The notes below the pieces were generated by a model. The model was not told the origin of the DNA. It made no database searches and saw nothing but the letters and a program-made list of their open reading frames with translations. Positions 1 to 5,713 of a DNA stretch of 5,862 nucleotides are shown here, piece after piece. The DNA is taken from assembly GCA_013416795.1 (NCBI GenBank), contig RQSC01001131.1, positions 1 to 5,862 on the forward strand. Reading direction: 5' to 3'. Position numbers and translations under genes: made by a program. Each line of letters starts with the position of its first letter. Position 1 is the first letter of the stretch. This DNA is from Prasinococcaceae sp. CCMP 1430. Taxonomy: Eukaryota > Plantae > Prasinodermophyta.

Positions 1-219
1 CCTCCTCCGAGCCCACCTCCGAGCCCGCCTTCGAGCCCACCTCCTCCGAGCCCACCTCCGAGCCCGCCTTCGAGCCCGCCTCCTCCGAGCCCACCTCCTG
101 CGAGCCCACCTCCGAGCCCGCCTCCGAGCCCTTCTCCTCCGATCCCACCTTCGAGCCCGCCTTCGAGCCCTTCTCATCCTCCTCCTCCTCCTAGCCCGCC
201 TCCTTTGAGTCCGCCTCCT
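1..219 (+). repeat. Coding tandem repeat: 12/15-nt core cct-(c/t)cg-agc-cc(a/g), with a 39-nt higher-order unit
   Basis: 1-39 and 40-78 are identical except for the last base (cctcctccgagcccacctccgagcccgccttcgagccca/g). A partial third copy starts at 79, copies degenerate towards 219, and (cct)5 lies at 178-192. Confidence 0.9.
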
Positions 220-273
220 GGCTCGGCTGGTGGTGGTGGTGGAGGAGGAGGAGGCTCGGGCGGAGTCTCCTGA
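1..273 (+). CDS. 5'-partial Ser-Pro-rich (extensin/hydroxyproline-rich glycoprotein-like) segment ending in a poly-Gly linker
   Basis: Manual frame +1 translation: PPPSPPPSPPSSPPPPSPPPSPPSSPPPPSPPPASPPPSPPPSPSPPIPPSSPPSSPSHPPPPPSPPPLSPPPGSAGGGGGGGGGSGGVS, then TGA at 271-273. It is open from base 1 and is not in the ORF track because no start lies in the window. SPn repeats are typical of algal and plant surface glycoproteins and stalk linkers. Confidence 0.7.
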   Translation, partial: PPPSPPPSPPSSPPPPSPPPSPPSSPPPPSPPPASPPPSPPPSPSPPIPPSSPPSSPSHPPPPPSPPPLSPPPGSAGGGGGGGGGSGGVS

Positions 274-300
274 AGGCGCGGAGGGGCGCGGCCGCGGTAG

Positions 301-429
301 CCCGCCGGCAGCGTCGCCGCCGCCGCAGCGGTGGCCGCCGCCCTCTTCCTGCGGCTGCGCAGCAGGAGGCCGAGGGATGGGGAGCACACCGTCGCGACGA
401 CTCCCTCTTCTTCTGCCGACCGCGTGTGA
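301..429 (+). CDS. Putative terminal segment of the Ser-Pro protein: hydrophobic anchor, basic stop-transfer cluster and short tail
   Basis: Frame +1, the same frame as 1-273: PAGSVAAAAAVAAALFLRLRSRRPRDGEHTVATTPSSSADRV, then TGA at 427-429. It is separated from the upstream part by in-frame TGA (271-273) and TAG (298-300). Confidence 0.5.
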   Translation, partial: PAGSVAAAAAVAAALFLRLRSRRPRDGEHTVATTPSSSADRV

Positions 430-476
430 CGGCTGACGGCGATATTTTCTGGTCGAAAATGCGCGGCCACAAAAAA

Positions 477-482
477 AATAAA
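477..482 (+). promoter_or_regulatory. Candidate polyadenylation signal AATAAA within an A-rich tract (471-483)
   Basis: AATAAA lies about 48 nt after the TGA at 427-429 in otherwise GC-rich DNA. It could instead be a promoter A-tract for the downstream gene. Confidence 0.35.
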
Positions 483-512
483 AGTGCGCGTTCCCCGACT
501 GCACCGACCGAC

Positions 513-536
513 CGCGCGCGCGCGGCGCGCGCGCGC
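513..536. repeat. Alternating (CG)n tract, (CG)6-G-(CG)5-C, Z-DNA/hairpin prone
   Basis: cgcgcgcgcgcg g cgcgcgcgcgc read directly from the sequence. Confidence 0.75.
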
Positions 537-602
537 ATTTCAAACTTCAAACGCGCGCGGGCGCCTCGCCCCCCCGCGCCCGCCCCCGCCGCTGCCCCCG
601 CG

Positions 603-990
603 NNNNNNNNNNNNNNNNNNNNNNNNNNNNNNNNNNNNNNNNNNNNNNNNNNNNNNNNNNNNNNNNNNNNNNNNNNNNNNNNNNNNNNNNNNNNNNNNNN
701 NNNNNNNNNNNNNNNNNNNNNNNNNNNNNNNNNNNNNNNNNNNNNNNNNNNNNNNNNNNNNNNNNNNNNNNNNNNNNNNNNNNNNNNNNNNNNNNNNNNN
801 NNNNNNNNNNNNNNNNNNNNNNNNNNNNNNNNNNNNNNNNNNNNNNNNNNNNNNNNNNNNNNNNNNNNNNNNNNNNNNNNNNNNNNNNNNNNNNNNNNNN
901 NNNNNNNNNNNNNNNNNNNNNNNNNNNNNNNNNNNNNNNNNNNNNNNNNNNNNNNNNNNNNNNNNNNNNNNNNNNNNNNNNNNNNNNNNN
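603..990. other. Assembly gap (388 N)
   Basis: Continuous run of N flanked by almost pure G/C sequence. The true length is unknown. Confidence 0.99.
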
Positions 991-992
991 CC

Positions 993-3900
993 GCCGCCCG
1001 CGGCGCGCGCGCGCAGCCGGGGGCGGTCGAGACGGTCGCGCGGTGGCGCGCGACGGGCGCGCTCGGCTACGACCGCGTCGAGCGCGAGCGGTGCGACGCG
1101 GACTCGGCGGCCCCAAGCCTGGCGCGCTACTTCGACTGGGCGGGCCTCGAGTGCGCGGCGTGCGAGGCGCTCAACGTCCCCGGCGCCGCAGCCACGCGCT
1201 TCGCCGTCTCGGTGGACGGCCTGAGCTGCGAGTGCGGGCCGCGCTTCGCCGCGGACGGCGCGGGCGGCTGCGCGGAGGCGCCGTGCGCGGATGGCGAGGC
1301 CGTCTCCGCCGACGGCGGGCGGTGCGTGCCGTGCGGCAACGGCACGGACGCCGACGCGGGGGCGACGACGGCCGACTGCAGCTGCGCGGCCGCGGACGAG
1401 GTGGTGGTGGAGTTCGACCGCTGGGGGACGCGCCTCGCCGCCAAGGCGTGCGAGGCCTGCCCCGCGGGCTCGTACGCCGACCTGGAGGCGAACACGTGCG
1501 TGGTCTGCCAGCCGCCGCGCGTGGTGGACGCCGACGGCGCGGCGTGCGTGTGCGCGGACGGCGCGGCGCGCACGGGCGCCGACGCGTGCTTCGACAGCAG
1601 CAACGAGATCGAGGACCAGCTCGGGGCGGAGCTGGGCCTCATCGTGGGGCGCTCGAGCAGCAAGTACATCGCCGAGAACCTGCCGCGCGCCGCGTGGGAG
1701 TGCCACGCGCGCGGCTCGCGCGAGGCCTGCCAGGAGGTCGGCAACATGTGCGCGCTCGAGCTCTACGACGACGCCACGCCCGCCTGCGCGCTCTACCTCA
1801 AGCTGCAAGAGTCCAAGGCGCTCGTCGGACCGGAGTACCACGGCGTCGACGGGTGGTCGCCCAGCATGCCCTGGCTGTACTACGGCGACTCGGCCGACGA
1901 CGTGCGCTTGGACGACGCGCTGGTGACGCCCATGTCCTTCGCCAACGCCGCCCCTGAGGGCTTCGTGTCGACGCTGCGCTTCGCGCTGAGCGTGACCGCG
2001 CTCAACGGCACGTGGCTCGGCACACGCGAGCTCGCGTCGGAGCTGGCCTTGTGCGACGACACGAGCGTGCCCTGGCGGCGCTTCGGCACGAACATGGACA
2101 TCGAGTGCACCGTGGACGTCACCGACATCGCGGGCGCCGAGGAGCCCGTGTTCTTCGATCTCTTCTACATGGACCCCGACATGGGGTCGCTGTACCCGGC
2201 GCCGGTGCTCGTCAGGAACCTCCTGCGGGACGGCGCGGCGATCAACGACGACGGCGACGACGACAACGACGTCTTCGTCCACCGGATCTTCGCGGCGGAC
2301 GCGCTGACCACCAAGAGCACCGCCGTTGCCGCCGCCCCATTCGTGACCTACGCCAGCGACGTCAGAGTCCGCATCACGAAGCAGAGCGGCAGCGCGCGCA
2401 TCCGCGTGCCCGAGTTCGAGGTGCGCTACGCGACGGTGAACGTGGCAGGCGCGAGCGGCGGCGCGTCCGCTGCCGACGCGGCGCCGGTGTACGCGAGCGC
2501 GAGCTTCAGCGCGACGTACCTCATGGACTTCGGCGCCTGGAAGAGCACCTTCAGCGTCCTGTGGATCGTGGGGCTCACGCTGGCGGTCTTGTCGTGGCTC
2601 TTCTCCACGTACGTGTGGGCGCGGCGCCAGCAGAGCGCAGCGGTGGACGGCGCGTTCATCCTGCGCTCCGTCGGCATCGCGGTGACCTCCCTGGCGTTCG
2701 TGTGGTCGGTGCTCACGATCGGCGTGTCGTTCTACTGGCTGGTCACGTTCAAGCTGCAGGAGGCCGTATCGGTCGTCATGCCGCCGGACGGCGAGATCCC
2801 CGGCTGGAACGTCATCGTCATCATCGCCGCCGCGGCCATGTGCATCCACGCGGTGGCGCTGGTGTTGCGCCAATCGAACGTCGACATCTTCCTCATCGAC
2901 TGGGAGAAGCCGCGGCCGGTGATGAACGCGGCGGGCCTGCGCGAGGAGCGGGCGGTGTCCGTCTGGCGGACGATCTTCGCCGCCAACGAGTACGCCGAGC
3001 TGCAGGCCCTGCGCGTGAGCGACCCCAACGTGACCTTCCTGCTCGCGCTGCTGCTCCTCGAGGGTGCGCGCTGGGGAGGGATCCACACTATGCAGCCCGA
3101 CGAGACCGAACTGGAGACGCTGCCGAGCCATCAGACCAGCGACCTGCTGCGCTTCGCCGTCGGCACGACGACGATCATCCTCATCTCGCTCGTCCAATGG
3201 ATCATCAAGTCCATCGTGGTCCACCGCTTCTTCGGCAATCCCATGAACGACTACATCGACATGCTGAGCGTGGCCAACATCTCGCTGATCATGTTCGACG
3301 ACAAGCACGCGGGCTACTACCTGCACGGGCGCTCCCTGATGCCCGAGGCGGACTGCGGTGCCATCGAGCTCAACCGCGAGCTGCGCAAGGAGGCCGAAGG
3401 CGTCGTGGGCCACAGGGGCCTCACCAGCGGCGCGGGTGAGCCCAGCCTCAAGGAGAATCAGTGCTTCGAGATCTACATCACGCGCGACATCCGCGCGCGC
3501 TACGACGCGAAGCTCACGCGGCCGCTCGAGGAGGCGCGCCAGCGCGCGGCGCTGCTCAACTCGGCCGCCGGCATGCGCGCGGGCGTCGCGTCCACCTTCA
3601 TGGGCCGGAACGCGCGCACGGCGCTCACGGAGGACGGCATGATCAACGCGCAGATGGAGCTCGCGTCGATGTTCCGCAACTTCATCAACACCCTGGAGGC
3701 CAACGCCGGCCAGCAGGTGCGCACGCGATCGCTGTTGGAGCGCATCGCGATGGTCCCGCCCGACATGATGGCCATGATGCAGGCCAACCTGCCAATCTTC
3801 TACCACGACTTTGGGCGGGGCTGGACGCGCACGACCTTCTTCGGCGTGGAGTTTGACCTGACGCTGTTCAACGCCATGGTGTACGGCGTCACCTGTCTGG

Positions 3901-4031
3901 CGACCCAGTACAGCGCGGTCGCGCTCTTCGTCGCGTGGGTGTGCGACTGGCTTCTGCGCGCTCTGCGCGTGCGCCTGGGCACGGCCAACATCTCGAAAAA
4001 GGCGCTCGTCGACCCGCGCTTCCTCAAGTAG
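993..4031 (+). CDS. TMEM67: Meckelin (transmembrane protein 67 / MKS3), ciliary transition-zone protein; 5'-partial, start codon inside the gap
   Basis: 1012 uninterrupted codons up to TAG at 4029-4031. There is an N-terminal Cys-rich region (YFDWAGLECAAC, CVPC, CEAC, CVVC, ACQEVGNMC), then MPWLYYG and WRRFGT. Family hallmark motifs follow: IFLIDWEKPR (2886-2915), VSVWRTIFAANE, DMLSVANIS, GYYLHGRS (3312-3335), LRKEAEG..HRGL and the C-terminal NISKKALVDPRFL. About seven hydrophobic helices lie in the C-terminal half. Motifs were matched from my knowledge of human TMEM67, not by database search. Confidence 0.95.
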   Translation, partial: AARGARAQPGAVETVARWRATGALGYDRVERERCDADSAAPSLARYFDWAGLECAACEALNVPGAAATRFAVSVDGLSCECGPRFAADGAGGCAEAPCADGEAVSADGGRCVPCGNGTDADAGATTADCSCAAADEVVVEFDRWGTRLAAKACEACPAGSYADLEANTCVVCQPPRVVDADGAACVCADGAARTGADACFDSSNEIEDQLGAELGLIVGRSSSKYIAENLPRAAWECHARGSREACQEVGNMCALELYDDATPACALYLKLQESKALVGPEYHGVDGWSPSMPWLYYGDSADDVRLDDALVTPMSFANAAPEGFVSTLRFALSVTALNGTWLGTRELASELALCDDTSVPWRRFGTNMDIECTVDVTDIAGAEEPVFFDLFYMDPDMGSLYPAPVLVRNLLRDGAAINDDGDDDNDVFVHRIFAADALTTKSTAVAAAPFVTYASDVRVRITKQSGSARIRVPEFEVRYATVNVAGASGGASAADAAPVYASASFSATYLMDFGAWKSTFSVLWIVGLTLAVLSWLFSTYVWARRQQSAAVDGAFILRSVGIAVTSLAFVWSVLTIGVSFYWLVTFKLQEAVSVVMPPDGEIPGWNVIVIIAAAAMCIHAVALVLRQSNVDIFLIDWEKPRPVMNAAGLREERAVSVWRTIFAANEYAELQALRVSDPNVTFLLALLLLEGARWGGIHTMQPDETELETLPSHQTSDLLRFAVGTTTIILISLVQWIIKSIVVHRFFGNPMNDYIDMLSVANISLIMFDDKHAGYYLHGRSLMPEADCGAIELNRELRKEAEGVVGHRGLTSGAGEPSLKENQCFEIYITRDIRARYDAKLTRPLEEARQRAALLNSAAGMRAGVASTFMGRNARTALTEDGMINAQMELASMFRNFINTLEANAGQQVRTRSLLERIAMVPPDMMAMMQANLPIFYHDFGRGWTRTTFFGVEFDLTLFNAMVYGVTCLATQYSAVALFVAWVCDWLLRALRVRLGTANISKKALVDPRFLK

Positions 4032-4219
4032 GCCGAGTTTGGCGCCAGCGCCGCTCGCACGAGCGCGCGCGGATGCGGCGGCGGGGGCGCGCTCCGGCGC
4101 GGCGCGCTCGGCGCAGCCGCGCGGCTTCCACGCCTGAATAATCACCACGTGCGATAGATCGCGCTGGCATCGATGCGCGCGAGCGCGCCTGCCGGCGCGC
4201 GGCGGGTGCGCCTCGCGCG

Positions 4220-5539
4220 CTACGCGTCCTCGACAAGCGCCTGCTTGCCCGCGAGCGCATGGAGCATGGCGCGCACCTGCGGGATTGCCGCCCAGCACGA
4301 CGCCGCGACGCCGATCAGGCCGTACGCCAACGCGCAAAATGGCAGCGCGTTCGGCTCCTTGGCCGCGAGCGCAGCGGTGCCCAGCCCGTGACAGCTGCCG
4401 GCGGTCGAGAGGCCGCGGGTCACGGGATCGGCAATCCTGGCGAGGTTGAGCAAGCGTTGCACGCTGGCGGCGCCCAGCAGCCCCGTGAGCACCACCGCGG
4501 TCGCACACACGGGGATGAGGTCGGAGGGAGCGCCGATCTGCTCGGCGATCGGCATCGCCAGGGCGACCGTCACCGACCGCGGCGCCACCGCGAGCGAGAT
4601 GTCTGGCGGCAGCCCCATCGCCCGCCCCGCGGCCACGGTCCCCACCATGCTGATGAGCGCCGACCCTGCAGCGCAGCCAATCACTTCGGCACCGTGTCGG
4701 AAGAGCAGCGCGCGCTGCCCGTAGATGTGAAAGCCGAAGCTCAGGACCACGCACCCGAGGAAGCCCATCAGGGCGTCGCCTGGGCCGGCGGGGCGGCCGT
4801 CCTTGCTCTTGGTGAGGTACATCTCCATGGCGCCCCAGTAGCCATCGCCGGTGACAGCCCCGAGCAGCGCGCAGGCCCCGGTGCCTGCCAGCGCGGTGGT
4901 GACCACTGGGTGCGGCAGATACGGCGCCAGCGCCGCGGGACTCACGCCGCTACCCAGCAGGAGCCCGCCGACGGTGGCGCCAAGCAGGAACAGCGACTTG
5001 CAGGCGCGCGCCACGCCGTCGGGCGTGGCAAAGTCCCTCAGCCCACCGAGGCCCGTCGCGTCCGCGGCGAGCCCGATGGGCTCCTCCAGAGCGCGCGCAA
5101 CGCCCGCGCGCGCTCCCTCCGAGAGCATCGTGGCGCCCGCGAGGCCGACGAGCGTGGCCAGCGCCCAGCCGGCGCCGTGAGCTGCGGTGAAGGGGGGCAG
5201 CGGGGGCACCGGTGGCACCGGCAACACGCTCACGTTGGTGACCGCGCGGATGGCTGCGACCAGGCCAGCGGTCACGAAGAGCGTCAGTGGCATCCCGAGC
5301 AAGACGAGCCCGCCGACCTTTGCCATGTCCTCGGGCGCGACCGCCTGCGCGGCGATGGGCAGGACCACCAGCGTCGGCACGAAGAAGAGCGGCAGCCAGC
5401 GCTGGATCCAGTGCAACGCCGGCGTGAACGCCGCCACGGCAGCGGCGGCGGCAGACCCAGCGCCGGCGGCCGAGAGCGCCGTCAATCCGCTGAAAATGGC
5501 GAACATGCCGATGAGCGGCGACGGGAAGCTAATGCCGGC
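4220..5539 (-). CDS. PLGG1: LrgA-LrgB fusion membrane transporter, PLGG1-like; last exon (439 aa plus stop)
   Basis: The exon starts AGISFPSPLIGMFAIFS, 11 codons upstream of the ORF-track Met at 5506. It contains IQRWLPLFFVPTLVVLP, GPGDALMGFLGCVVLSF, PRSVTVALA, VVLTGLLGA, DPVTRG, HGLGTAALAAKEPNALPFCALAY and ends at TAG 4222-4220. These match plant PLGG1/AtLrgB motifs as I recall them, and the protein is highly hydrophobic throughout. Confidence 0.88.
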   Translation of the reverse strand, partial: AGISFPSPLIGMFAIFSGLTALSAAGAGSAAAAAVAAFTPALHWIQRWLPLFFVPTLVVLPIAAQAVAPEDMAKVGGLVLLGMPLTLFVTAGLVAAIRAVTNVSVLPVPPVPPLPPFTAAHGAGWALATLVGLAGATMLSEGARAGVARALEEPIGLAADATGLGGLRDFATPDGVARACKSLFLLGATVGGLLLGSGVSPAALAPYLPHPVVTTALAGTGACALLGAVTGDGYWGAMEMYLTKSKDGRPAGPGDALMGFLGCVVLSFGFHIYGQRALLFRHGAEVIGCAAGSALISMVGTVAAGRAMGLPPDISLAVAPRSVTVALAMPIAEQIGAPSDLIPVCATAVVLTGLLGAASVQRLLNLARIADPVTRGLSTAGSCHGLGTAALAAKEPNALPFCALAYGLIGVAASCWAAIPQVRAMLHALAGKQALVEDA

Positions 5540-5713
5540 CTGCGCTCCTCGCGCGCGGCGCGCCAGGGAAGCAGGCCGGGGGGAGGGAGGGGGGGGGGAG
5601 GTGGAGGGAGGGGCGAGGTGCCGTCAGCGGTGCGTTTCACGCGCGCCCGCCAGAGCGCGCGCCCGCGAGGGCCCCCGCGCCGAGGCCGACGCCGATGCAG
5701 GGTGCGCACGCAC
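5540..5713 (-). other. Spliceosomal GT-AG intron, 174 nt, phase 0, in the PLGG1-like gene
   Basis: Donor GAG|GTGCGT at 5713, acceptor GCGCAG|GCC at 5540, branch-like CTGAC at 5627-5623 and an in-frame TGA at 5626-5624. Splicing joins ...ADKALAMACRE to AGISFPSPLIGMFAIFS, which restores the LrgA-like N-terminal helix pattern seen in PLGG1. Confidence 0.85.
5578..5613 (+). repeat. Polypurine G-run tract (G6-A-G3-A-G10-A-GG-T-GG-A-G3-A-G4), G-quadruplex/triplex prone; C-rich pyrimidine tract of the intron on the transcribed strand
   Basis: Read directly: 36 nt with a single pyrimidine and five runs of at least 3 G. Confidence 0.8.

Noticed and set aside
1-219. Possible CRISPR array or telomeric repeat
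   Set aside because: There are no unique spacers between units, all unit lengths are multiples of 3 and preserve an SPn reading frame, the motif is not telomeric, and the context is eukaryotic.
174-550. Minus-strand ORFs 174-470 and 191-550, plus the GGGL repeat reading of 1-173
   Set aside because: These are antisense shadows of the Ser-Pro/Gly repeat. The GGGL frame is broken by a stop at 174-176, and the plus strand gives a more coherent stalk-TM-tail layout with a downstream AATAAA.
426-602. N-terminal extension of the 1201-aa ORF (GTG 426 / ATG 459)
   Set aside because: It has no signal peptide, runs through an A-tract and (CG)n repeats, and is joined to meckelin only through an N run of uncertain length. 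The post-gap part alone is already about full meckelin size.
430-602. Transposon end or MITE suggested by short inverted repeats
   Set aside because: The inverted repeats are only 6-9 bp, there is no clear target-site duplication, no transposase is present, and a single copy cannot be assessed within this window.
1043-4391. Numerous alternative-frame ORFs overlapping meckelin and the spacer (e.g. 1043-1957, 2012-3439, 3461-3856)
   Set aside because: These are Arg/Ala/Gly/Pro-rich low-information products expected in GC-rich DNA with few stops, with no family motifs.
540-4754. 1404-aa antisense ORF
   Set aside because: It is in exact codon register with the meckelin frame, so it stays open simply because meckelin uses no TTA, CTA or TCA codons (strong GC3 bias). 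The product is Arg/Ala/Gly/His-rich with no recognisable domain, and it spans the N gap.
4220-5539. Bacterial lrgAB/cidAB holin-antiholin operon or contamination
   Set aside because: The LrgA-like and LrgB-like parts are fused in one ORF, the gene has a spliceosomal intron, and its GC-rich codon style matches the eukaryote-specific neighbour.
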